A stretch of DNA of 64,000 nt from Oikopleura dioica. Taxonomy: Eukaryota > Animalia > Chordata. A program made the position numbers and the translations under genes. The notes under the pieces were generated by a model. It worked only from the letters and a program-made list of their open reading frames with translations. It was not told the DNA's origin and ran no database searches. The stretch covers positions 15,128,001-15,192,000 of the forward strand of contig OU015567.1 in assembly GCA_907165135.1 (NCBI GenBank), in the 5' to 3' direction. Positions 12,401-24,293 of the stretch are shown piece by piece (position 1 is the first letter of the stretch; each line of letters starts with the position of its first letter).

Positions 12401-14821
12401 CAATTTCTCCTCAATTATACCCCCTTTGTTCCCCTCCCGATAATCCGGAACCCCACATTTCCGCTTAAAAATATTCCTAATGCTCCGCATCAAGGACCTT
12501 TTCCCGCTAAGGCCGAATTTAAAGGTGTCGGATGTAGCGATTTTTTGGTCAATTTGCGACCTTCATGACCTTGGGAACCTAATTCATGCGTCAAACGGTC
12601 AAAGTGTTGTCTTTAGGCTTAACTTTTTTAATTCAACGACCTTTTGACTTGACACAACAATGACCCTGGGAATCGATGAAGAAATCGAATGGCTTTTTTG
12701 AAAATAAAAATTAAATAATTGAAGTTGCATTTCAAAATGTAGAAACACCTTTCTTTCAATTGTGTTTTCTCAAGCTGACTTTATTTTCCAAAAAATGGAA
12801 GTGCATTTCTTCAGTAAATGTTTGATTTCGATTTACAAGAACTTCCCTATCAAGGACAAAGAAAACACGGGTCAGGGGAGCAATTTTCGCGAATCCACAA
12901 ATCGCTGACTTGAACAAGGAAAGTTTGTGCCCGTCTCCAAAGCCAATATCATACAGTCGCTATTGCCAGATTATTGTCAAAACTGTCTGTCAATCATTCC
13001 AGACGACCTTCGACCATTTCAACTTTTGAGCAACTTTGGAGCAATTATCAAAGCTCTAGAAAGAAGGGTAAAAAAGAGGAAGTCGGTAATAGGATTAGCT
13101 TGCTTGTTTCATGTTTCTGTCACGTTTGGATAAGTTGAACATGTGCTTTTTGTGACTTTTAGCCAGAAAACGCGATTAGGGCCCTAACAAGCTGTGTCTG
13201 CCGATAATTTGTTCGGCGAAGGGTGAAATGTATCGGACGTACTTGCGGCCGATTACCATATGTTTTCTCCTGCTTTTTGCATAATTAGTAGCTTCAAATT
13301 AGTAGTAAACTATTGAATAGCGCATGAATGGCTGGATTATTTTCACCTTGACCATCAATACAGTAAAAACAAAACTTTTGACAAGGACATCTTTGTTTGC
13401 TTGGCAGAGAGCGAGATCACTTCCACGCTCCTAAAAGACGATTAATTGCCCGAGCGCTGATTAATAACCTTTTGCTTTAGTGGTCGACTGGTGGAGTCAG
13501 TGGCTGCGCACGAACCTGCCGCTCTCCCTTTCTTTCCTACGACAAGAGGAGATTCCTCGATTCGTGGGTTCTTTCTGGAGCAGTTATCGTCGCCCTTGCA
13601 ACGATCGTCGTCCTTGGCACTTTCTGCCTCGACCCCCAACGCTTCTCGTATCCGGAAAGGCCGATCTTGTACTTGAGCTTGTGCTACCTTTTCATCGCCG
13701 CTGGGTGAGTACATTTGCAGTCCTTAGATCCTCTCTTCTTACTTGAACTTTTAGATACATTTTGCGATATTCGATCGGAGGAGATGTTGTCGCCTGCGAC
13801 GCTGTTCATCCTGAACGTCTTGCATTACCCGGACGAGGAACTGCTTATTGCAATCTTGTTTTTGTTTTGATTTACTACTTTGGCATGGCTTCCTCTATCT
13901 GGTGAGTTTATTTCTTCAACCTGCAGCTTTTTTAATTTCCAATTGAAGGTGGGTGATGCTCACTTTCGCCTGGTTCCTTGCCGCCGGCATGAAATGGTCT
14001 TGCGAAGCAATCAGCAACTACAGCTCCTACATGCATGTGCTCGCCTGGACCATTCCCGCTCTTCAGACGGTTCTCATCATGGTGACCAACCAAGTCGACG
14101 GAGATCCCTTCCTCGGCATCTGCTCGGTTGGGAACAACAACATCGAGCAAATGCACACTTTCATCCTGGCCCCGTTAGGTATGCGATAGACATTTTTGAA
14201 TAGGTTGTAACGGCCATGTTTTCAGTTGTATACTTATCTGCCGGGGGCCTCTTTTTGATCGTCGGTTTCTTCTCTTTGTTCCGAATCAGGAATACCATGA
14301 AAAAGAAGCACGATAGGGAGACCAAGAAGCTTGAGAAACTCATCGTCAAGGTAAGAATTCACAAAATACAGCAAAATATTGCTTTTCGCAGAATCACGAA
14401 AAAAACATGGTTTTCAATTTCGTTTCAGATCGCGATTTTCTCCGTTCTTTACATGATTCCCGCTTCGATCCAAGTCTTCTGCTATTTCTACGAGTCGGAG
14501 TTCCGAGACGCCTGGGAAAAAGATCTCAACTGTCAAGGCTGCGGTTCTCGATTCGACGAAAACAGCTACTTGATCATCTTCCTCAAGCCAGCGATGAGCT
14601 TTCTCGTCGGCATCGCCGCCGCCACTTGGATTTGCTGCGACAAAACACTGCGAACATGGAGGAGAATGTGCTGCCGCCAGTCGCCAGCGGCTCTTTCCAC
14701 GACGACGACGAGCACTTTGTCGGATTCAAGCTACAGCCAGCCGCTGAATCGACACTACGAATTCGAATACACTGACTATTACGCACCAGCGACCTCTGCT
14801 AGACAGCCCTTTCTAAGCTAA
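9429..14821 (+). CDS. FZD5/8: Frizzled receptor, Fzd5/8-like
   Basis: Signal exon MKIQAFILPFTAFAWQ (9429-9494). CRD: [49 protein letters not shown]. TM region: RFSYPERPILYL, AAGMKWSCEAI, VDGDPFLGICSVG. KTxxxW motif (KTLRTW). A 2.6-kb intron spans 10874-13479. Confidence 0.95.
11206..11533. mobile_element. MITE family B in the frizzled intron
   Basis: CAGAGTTG / CAATTCTT termini, (CTCAG)n arrays, 8-bp TSD AGATAGCT / ATATAGCT. Confidence 0.88.
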
Positions 14822-15021
14822 GCCCAGTTTAACTCTTATATAAATATCTACCTCAGCGCTACTGTACTTCTTGTAAATATCTGTCAATAAATGAACAGAA
14901 AAATCAATCTTCCAAAAAGTATATTTTTCAAAATAAAAGTCCGCCCGCGAGGGAAATCGGTACCGACTTTTTCTTGATGCACTGGAGTTAAGGAATTTTC
15001 AGATGACGAGTTTGTTTTTTA

Positions 15022-17122
15022 ATGTTACCTTTGAGGCACCTAACATATTTTGCATCTTTTGTCTTTATTTTATTTTGCTCGTTTTTCTTGGTAAGAGACT
15101 TTGTGAAGCTGAATGAAGAGTTTTCGTCGCCAAAAGGAGACATTCTCAAAGAAATCTGGCAAGATCACTTGGACCAAACTCTCGACGCTGATACTACTCT
15201 CGTGCTTGATGAAATTATTCTAGCGATAAAAGTAAGCCTCCCAGAGCCGCAATGTCCGGAGTGTCCAGTTTGCGAAAGATGTGCAATTTGTGCGGCTTGT
15301 GCGGCTTGTGAGGTTTGTGATGTTTGCGAACCGTGTGAGAAGAAAAAGTGTCCAAAGCAAAAAGAATGTCCTGTTGTCGAATGTGAAGCTGATGAAAAAG
15401 CTTCTAGTGAAATATCAGTTGTGGCGCAAGAAAGTTGTTCTGACGAGAAAGAAGAGATCACTGCGGGAGATTTAGCCCGGCAACTGCTCGTTACGGACTG
15501 GGAAGAAGCTGTTATTCCGGATGATGCGAAGAATGTGACTTTTGAAGATCTCCCGGTAATCAACAACTTTGGAAAATTCCAGCGCGATCGAAAAAACTAC
15601 GACACAAGCCGGAGAGGGTACACTCCACGAAGACTCGTCTGCGATGAGCTTTCTGAGCACTTGGAAAGTACCCAAAGCAGTCACTGGACAACCGAGTGCA
15701 CAGGCGTACCGAAATTTCCGGAAAATGTCATCAGCTACATCAATTACGGCATCCCGAAATCTATCATCGAGAAAATCGAAAAAACTGGAATGAACAAAAC
15801 TTCGATCAAAAAATTATCAACGCCTTACGTTTTTCTTGGAGTCGATCTTTTTGACTTTGAGGAAAGCGATGCAAACTTCATCAGAATGGTCAGAGAAGCA
15901 GAAGCTCAAAATGCCGATATAATTTCTGGAGCCGTTGTTGACGAGCACGGTCACTGGTCGAGTCATTGCGGACATGTTCATGTGAGCAACTACACTTTGG
16001 ACATCTGGGACGGGTACTACAAGTCCATCAAAAGTACCATGCACTGCGACGTCGGAAACGGCCCGCTTGTTGTCCGAAAAGAGCTGCTCCAAGAGCTCGG
16101 CGCCGAGAAAATCGGTCGGTTGGCGAAATGGCCAGATCGGCTAGAAATTCTTCTGAAGCTTCGGGACAGAGTTCGATTCATTCATTGCCCCGACTGTATG
16201 TTTTATCAAAATGAAAACAAATTGGAAAAAAGTGATCTTATGCGGCTGTCAAGGAAATTCAAGCTGACGAATTTTAATTTTGATAGCAACGAGGAGAACT
16301 TTGAAATGACCTGTAACGAAGCCGGTATTCAATGTGGCGAGAATTTATATAACGAGAAAGCTCTTGCACAGGACTGGTTCTTACTCCTTTTTGATCTTCT
16401 ATAGTTTTCAGAAACTAGAACCGTTAAAAGCCGCCATGCTGTTTGAAAGTCTTGACGGGAATGAACCTCGCCATCGCTCACGAATATAAAACAAATAGGC
16501 TAGACACGTGTGTATACTGCGGACAAGTTCTAGCAAGTGTCAAGATGCCAGGTGGACAGCTTCCTTGGGACAAGAACGTTGATATGCCTCATGACAACAG
16601 GATGTATGCAGAAGCGAAGAAACTGATCGCTCCGATTTTGGATGAAAAATACGGCTTGCATTATGTCGAAGAGGAATCGGAAGACGAACAGAAACGTGTC
16701 ACGATAACGGTGTTCAAAATCTTGATGACTTTATTTTCATGCTTTTTCTAGCATAAAAAGACTGGCTACACTGCGGAAAATTATGGAAAGCACATCGAAA
16801 CGTATCAGTGCGGCGGGCAAGTTCTAAAAGGTCGCGCTGAAACGAAAGTTAAATTGAACGGTTGGTGGTTTCCCGCTCCCGACAACCCCGGAGCCTATGC
16901 CAGAGAATATGGAGATGAAATTCTTCAACACGTTACGCACTTTGAGGGAGCTGCTTATGCGGACCTCGAGGCCAAATTTCCAAGGTACTGTTTCACGCAA
17001 CTTCCAATTCCATATTTTCAAGGTGCACGGGAACACCTTCTCACGCCTGTTTGGAGCAGTTTCATAATGATGGAAACATTCAATTTCGAAAAGACAAGTT
17101 GAAATTGTTTACTTATGTTTAA
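15022..17122 (+). CDS. FKRP: FKRP-like type II membrane LicD nucleotidyltransferase, copy 1
   Basis: Signal anchor, CxxC-rich stalk and stem domain. After splicing it reads LAQ|PPCCL..YCGQVL..GQLPWDKNVD, compared with FKRP TPPCCL..IIPWDYDVD. Last exon ends ..GNIQFRKDKLKLFTYV*. Confidence 0.8.
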
Positions 17123-17455
17123 GTTCATATTCGATTATTAATCGGAAAACTTTCATAAAATAAAAATATTTCACAATTTTTTACTTGCAGTTTGTTGTTA
17201 AGTGACGGAGACGAGAGTCGGCTTTTTGCAGCTTGAAAACAAGCCCAGTCCGACATAAATCGAAAATATCCTAATAAGGTAAAGCTCCGGCAAACCTTCG
17301 TCGCTTTTACCGACCAGTTAACAGCATTTGCTATAATCTGCATTAGGTCCGGTACTGAATTTGCCCGCGGGGCATCTCTGTACCGATTTTAGAGGTCTCA
17401 AATTGTAGAGCACTGACTTCAGTCCTTCTCAAATTGTTCCGCTGATGTTTTTCCG

Positions 17456-19723
17456 ATGATGCAGATTCGAGGTTTTATTGCTGTCGCCTCGCTGCTCTTC
17501 GTTTTCATTGCATCCTTTTTTCTTCTCAGAGATTTTGTAATTTTGAACGAAGAATTCTCGTCGTCAAGAGCAGAGATTCTAAAGGAAAGAGTTTGTGAAA
17601 CTCATGTTGAACGAAAACATCGAAAGATCGAAAGTTAAGTCCCAAAAAAATATGCTAAGAAGTCAATATGTAATCTGTTTTACTTTTAACGGGTACGTTT
17701 ATTTACTATAAATATCGAAATGATCCGCCTCAAGAGGGTTTATTAATCCCGAATTAGTTAATTATAATTCATTCCCAAACTTACCGAAAGGAAATATGGA
17801 ATAATCACTTGGACGAGAAGCTTGATGCAGATACAACCCTAGTTCTTGAAGAAATATTGGTGGCAATCAAAGAAAGTACTCAAGTCCCAGCCCCTCATTG
17901 CCCAAAATGCCCAGAATGTGAGTCCTGTTCGCCATGCGAAAAACCGGAGCCCTGCCCGAAGCCTAAGCCCTGTCCGGAATGTCAAATTTGCGAAAAATGC
18001 GATCAAGAATCTTTCATTCAAAACAACAAATCGCTCGTCGAAGAAACTGCCGAAGATATTGCAATTAGACTTCTTAAAACAAACTGGGAAGATGCATCGA
18101 ATGTACCAGACGATGCAAAACACGTCGATTTCGTCGATATTCCAGTGATCAACAACTTCGGCAGCTTCCAGCGGGATGCAGAAGATTACAATATTTCGCG
18201 GACTGGCTACGAGCCTAGACGGCTAGTTTGCGATGAGCTTTCCGAGCACCTTCCAAAAGTTCAAACGCGTCATTGGATTGACGACTGCGACGACGTTCCC
18301 AAATATCCAGATGATGTGCTCAGCTTTATTAACTTAGGCTTGGAAAAATCAGTTTCGGATAAACTTGAAGATGCGGGACTGAAGATACCGGGGAAAGATA
18401 TTTCTACTCCATATGTTCTACTGGCCATTGATCTATTTGATTTCGACGCTGAAGACACCAATCTAATGCGAATGGTCAGAGAAGCAGAAGCTCAAAACGC
18501 AGATATCATCTCTGGCTCGTCTGTTGATGAGAATGGTCACTGGGTGAGCAACTGTGGCCATATCCACGTGAGCAACTACACTCTTGATATCTGGGACGGA
18601 TATTACAAGTCAATAAGGAGCATTATGCATTGCGATGTCGGTTCTGGCCCTATCGTTGTTAGAAAAGAGCTTCTGGAAGAAATAAGCGAAGAAGAAATTA
18701 ACCGACTCGCAAAATGGCCTGACCGCTTAGAAGTTCTTCTGAAGCTCAACGATAGAGTTCGGTTCGTGCATTGCCCAGACTGCATGTTCTACCAGAAGGA
18801 AAGCAAAGTGGAGCGGAATAATTTCATACGACTTTCGAGAATGTTCAAACTTACGAATTTCAATATCGATAGCAACAAGGACAATTATGAATTTACGTGC
18901 AACGAAGCGAAAATTCAATGCAGTAAGTCGGGATATGAAAATCAAGCGCTTGCACAGGCATGGTTCCTTCGATTCGGGCAGACAAGTAGTAGAATTTATA
19001 AGGAACCATAAAACAGCCACCCTGTTGCTTGACCGCTTTGACCGGAATGATGATGGCAGTCGCCGAAGAATTCGAAAAGCAGAAGCTCGATCTTTGCCTC
19101 TATTGCGGTCAAATTCTGGCAAGTATAAAAATGCCAGGAGGGCAGCTGCCGTGGGATACCGACGTAGATATGCCGCACGACGCGTTAATTCACGAAGAAG
19201 TAAAGAAGTTAGTCGTTCCAGCTTTGGAGGAAAAGTACGGACTGGAAGTTACCACGGGCCCGAAGAACGGCGATGGAAATGAAGGATTTGTTTTGATAAG
19301 AGTAAGACGGCCATTTAAAAATATTTTTTTATTTTGTGATAAAGCACAAAGCGACTGGCTTCACTACAGACAACTATGCAAAATTTGTGGAAACCACACA
19401 CTGCGGTCATCAAGTCCTAAAAGGAAGGGCTCAAACAAAAGTGAAAATTGACGGTTGGTGGGTTCCTGGGCCGGATAATCCTGGCCAGTATGGAAGAATT
19501 TACGGAGACGAAGTTTTAAAGCACGTGCCTCACGTGGTCTCTTCAAAAACTGCTTATGGAACTTCTCGGCCAAAATTTCCCAAGTAAACTTTTCCCCTTT
19601 TTCTGAAATTAATTGAATTTAAGATGCTCTGGTCAACCTTCACATGCTTGTTTGGACCAATTTCCGACGGATGGAAACATTCAATTCCGAGGCGACAAAG
19701 CAAAACTTTTTACTGTTTTCTAA
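17456..19723 (+). CDS. FKRP: FKRP-like, copy 2 (intact DxD)
   Basis: Paralog of copy 1. PPCCLTALTG..GQLPWDTDVD; five exons splice in frame. Confidence 0.82.
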
Positions 19724-20155
19724 TTATTAGTTTATTTTTCACCAATTTCTTCATTATTATTCCTCATTTTTACACAAAGTATTTAATTAAAGAAACTCAT
19801 CACCAAAGTTTGAGCTCTCGAATTCTTCATTTGTGATCAACGGTATTAGTACGTGGTCGTTCGTCGGGGTCGCCCCGACAGATGAAAGGTGAAACAACAG
19901 TTTTCAGAAGAGAGCCGGTTTTTTGCAGCTTGAAAACAAGGGCCGTCCGACGAAAGTCAAAAATGACCAAATAAGGAAGAGTTCCGGCAAAAAAAAAACA
20001 TCGTATTAACCGGCCACTTCGCAGGAGTCATTATAATCTGAATTAGGTCCGGTACTGCATTCGGCCGCCTTGCATTTCTGGACCGAATTCAGAGGTTTGA
20101 AATTGTAGAGCACTGACTTCAGTTCTTCTCAAATTGTTCCACTGATGTTTTTCAG

Positions 20156-22383
20156 ATGTTGCAGATTCGAGGGTTTATTGCTGTCTCCTCCCTGGCCTTC
20201 CTTTTCTTTGCTTCATTTTTTCTTGTCAGAGATTATGTCATCTTAAACGAAGAGTTCCCGTCCTCAAGAGCAGAGATTTTAAAGGAAAAAGTTTGTGAGA
20301 TTTACTTTTAACCACGACTCTCGTTCGAAATTTAGGCTTGGGCTAGGTTTAGGGTTAGGGTTAGGGGAAACACATAAATTATAAGTTATTTTTTAAGGAT
20401 TAAATTCAAAAACTTATCAAAAGGAAATATGGAATGATCATTTGGACGAGAAGCTTGATGCAGACACAACTCTAGTTCTTGAAGAAATATTTGTGACAAT
20501 CAAAGAAAGTGTTCAAGTCCCAGCCCCTCATTGTCCAAAATGTGAATCCTGTTCGCCATGTGAAAAGCCGGAACCCTGCCCAAAGCATAAGCCCTGCCCA
20601 GAGCCTAAGACCTGCCCGGAATGTCAGGTCTGCGAAAAATGCAATCAAGAATCTCTGATAGAAAACAACCAAAAAATTGCCGAAGAAACTCGCGAAGATA
20701 TTGCAATAAGACTTCTGAAAACAAACTGGGAAGATGCATCGGATGTACCTGCAGATGCAAAAGACGTCGATTTCGTAGATATTCCAGTGATCAATAACTT
20801 TGGTAGCTTTCAGCGAGATGCAGAAGATTATAATATTTCGCGGGCGGGGTACGAGCCTAGACGGCTAGTTTGTGATGAGCTTTCGGAGCACCTTCCAAAA
20901 GTTCAAACGCGTCATTGGATTGACGACTGCGACGACGTCCCCAAATATCCAGATGATGTGCTCAGTTTTATTAACTTAGGCGTGGAAAAATCAGTCATCG
21001 ATAAGATTGAAGATGCTGGACTAAAATCAACTGACAAGAATATTTCAACCCCATATGTTCTACTTGCATTTGATCTGTACGATTTCGACGCTGAAGACGC
21101 AAATCTGATGCGAATGGTCAGAGAAGCAGAAGCTCAAAACGCAGATATCATCTCTGGCTCGTCCGTTGATGAAAATGGTCACTGGTTGAGCAACTGTGGC
21201 CATATCCACGTGAGCAACTACACTCTTGACATTTGGGATGGATACTACAAGTCGATTAGGAGTATTATGCACTGTGATGTTGGCTCTGGCCCTGTTGTTG
21301 TTCGAAAAGAACTCTTGGAGGAAATAACTGAAGACGAAACAGAAAGGCTCGCAAAATGGCCCGATCGCCTGGAAGTCCTTCTGAAACTCAACGACAGAGT
21401 TCGATTCGTACACTGCCCAGACTGCATGTTCTACCAAAAAGAAAGCAAAGTGGATCGCAAAAACTTTATACGACTTTCGAGAATGTTCAAACTAACAAAC
21501 TTCAATATCGATAGCAACAAGGACAATTATGAATTTACCTGCAACGAAGCCAATATTCAATGCAGCACGTCTGCTTATCAGAATAAAGCGCTTGCGCAGG
21601 CATGGTTCTTTAGAAACAGATATTTTGAAAGGAAATTAGAATTGATAAAGAACCTTAAAACAGCCACCTTGTTGCTTGACATCTTTGACTGGAATGGTGA
21701 TGGCAGTTGCCGAAGAATTCGAAAAGCACAAGCTTGATCTTTGCCTCTACTGCGGCCAAGCTCTTGCTAGTATGAAAATGCCAGGTGGCCAGCTTCCCTG
21801 GGATACTGATGTGGAATCCACATTGTGGATATGCCGTTTGACGCGTTAATTCACGAGAAGGTGAAGAAGTTAGTCGTTCCTGCTTTGAAGGAAAAGTATG
21901 GAATGGAAGTCAGCACGGGCCCTAAAACTGGCGAAGGGAATGAAGGATATGTTTTGATACAAGTAAGACTTGCCTGAAATATTTTATAGTTTGTGATTCA
22001 GCATAAAGCGGCCCACTTCAGCACTGATCACTATGCGAAATTTATCAATACCACACTCTGCGGACATCAAGTCCTAAAAGGAAGAGCTCAAACAAAGGTG
22101 AAAATTGACGGTTGGTGGGTTCCTGGACCGGATAATCCTGGCCAGTACGGAAGAAAATACGGGGACGAAGTGCTAAAGCACGTGCCTCACGTGGACTCTT
22201 TAAAAACTACTTATGGAACGTCCCGGTCAAAATTTCCCAAGTAAGATTTACCACTTTTTATTCCGAAATTTATTCAATTTTAGATGCTCTGGTCAACCTT
22301 CTCATGCTTGTTTGGACCAATTTCCGACGGATGGCAACATTCAATTCCGAGGAGACAAGGCAAAATTTTTCACTGTTTTCTAA
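20156..22383 (+). pseudogene. FKRP: FKRP-like, copy 3, frameshifted in the catalytic domain
   Basis: Close paralog of copy 2. A 14-nt insertion at 21816-21829 gives a TAA stop at 21847-21849. Confidence 0.7.
20332..20366 (+). repeat. Interstitial (TTAGGG)n tract in intron 1 of FKRP copy 3
   Basis: Three perfect TTAGGG units (20349-20366) preceded by degenerate units; absent from the copy 2 intron. Confidence 0.7.
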
Positions 22384-22459
22384 TTATTTATTTATTCTTC
22401 ACCAATTTCTTCATTATTCTTTCTCATTTATACACAAAGTATTTGATTAAAGAAAAATA

Positions 22460-23927
22460 TCACCAAGGCAAGTTTGAGCTCTCAAATTCTTCATAAGCCA
22501 TCAGCGCGCAAAACAAGTATCCGCAAAACATGCCGAAGTTTTGAATAGCAAATGCCTCTAAAATACCCGCTCAGTATGCGTCTTTGTGAAGTTACAAACT
22601 TCCTGGTGAGCATTCAGCCGCAATAAGAAGGGCTTCAGACTGTTCTAACTGAGGCATGGTGATTCCAAAGGCGCAGTATAGAAGGAACCCAGCTGCCAAT
22701 GTAAAAAGCCACTCGGAAGTGTACGAATTCTCGACGACTGTTTGGGGCTTCTTTTCAATTAAGAGAAATTCATATCTTAGTTGACTGAAGCCATTCCTAT
22801 TCCAAGCGCGCAACCTCCATAAATTGACAAACTAGAGACAGCATTCCAGACGACTGCGTGAAAAGAGTTCAGTCCATGTTCCTTAAATAAGGAAAATTCG
22901 TCGGTGAACTAGAATCGGCGTACCTGATAGTGAATGTAGTCTGAGAGCTTTTGAGTTATTTCGTGAAAGAAAAGCGTAACGACTACGCAAATTCCTTCGG
23001 CGACTGAAAAGTTCATCGTGGAAGTCATCGTCAATCCAAGAATAAACATTCCAATCAAATTTGAAGAAGCCATTAAAAGACCCATTGGCTTGATGTCGAA
23101 CAGTCCCTCGAGTTTTGCTTCCTTCTTTGATGGATATCCGATTCTTCCACTTCGAACCATGTCTTTTCAAAATAGAATATTGCTAGAAGAAATTTCGTTT
23201 ACCTGATAGTTGAGTAATTCCAGTCGTTGCTGAGGTCATTGATATTCCAGTTTGACCGGTGACATTTGTTAGGAAAGTTGTTCTACCAGTAAATCGTTTG
23301 CTCATTCTAGCAGACTGGTAATACAGATGGCCTCCTGATTGAGTCAGTCTTGATCCTTCAATTTGACTTTCGAGCTGTTTCATATCTAAAACTGTTTAAA
23401 ACAAGCTGTTTTTTATGTTTTACCATCTTTGGCCATCATGGAATTTCGAAGCTGAGATTTTCGTTGTTGATTTTCATCGATATCCAGCTCATGAGTATTG
23501 AGAACCTTTCTCGCAAAGAAAAAGTTTCCGAGACGATCGAAGATGAAGAAAAACCAAACGCAGCCGCTCATTATTGTCCCGACGTGTCGCAATGTTATGT
23601 GTTCCGCAACTAAATACTCCCTAAAGAAATAATGAGTGTTTACGCATCGGGTGAGGTTTACCTGTTTTCAAGGCAAGAAGGAAGAATTAGGTAGAAGACA
23701 GTTCCAGACGTCAGAGCTAGTGAAAACGCAAGAACAAAGGAGGTAATCTTTAAGGAGTCATTTCAAAGACCACAAATATTCTTATACTCGTTTCTCTACT
23801 GACGTTCCTGAAGATATATTCCTCTTTGAACGAGAGATATCCAACCCAAACATAAAATCGCGGTGCTCCAAATAATCGTCGTACAGCCGAAAGAAAGATT
23901 TATTGATTTCTGGCATCGGACACCTCT
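22460..23927 (-). CDS. SLC39A: ZIP (SLC39A, LIV-1 type) transporter-like protein; first exon unresolved
   Basis: Spliced TM pattern: FVLAFSLALTSGTVFYLILP, GCVWFFFIFDRL, IKPMGLLMASSNLIGMFILGL, VTLFFHEITQKLSDY, WLFTLAAGFLLYCAFGITMPQL, FAIQNFGMFCGYLFCALMAYE. Confidence 0.8.
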
Positions 23928-24293
23928 TTGAAATTTTAACAATAGATGAAATGTAGGTAATTACTCGTTGATTGTAAAGTCAGGCGGTGAGGAACAATTA
24001 TGAAAATTATCATTATCCGAATTCGGCCACATTGTTTTCTCTCTATCGCATCTGAATTAAGCGTCATAGATCTAACATGCAACGGTTGGAATTTGCTCAC
24101 TCATAAATTTTAACCTGCGATGCCAAGTGAATTTTGCAGTAAAACGTCAATCGAAAATAGTTGTTGTTCGAGCATTTTATTTATGGCTTTGTGATGAGAA
24201 GAAAACATAAGAAGATATTTTGAAGAACGGAAAAAGAAGGAAGAATAATAAGGTCAACAGTTGACTTTGAAAAGCGGGGAGATTGTCGAGCGA

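Noticed and set aside
22460-22496. Apparent coding overlap between FKRP copy 3 and the ZIP gene
   Set aside because: The true last-exon frame of copy 3 stops at 22383, so only the 3' UTRs may overlap.
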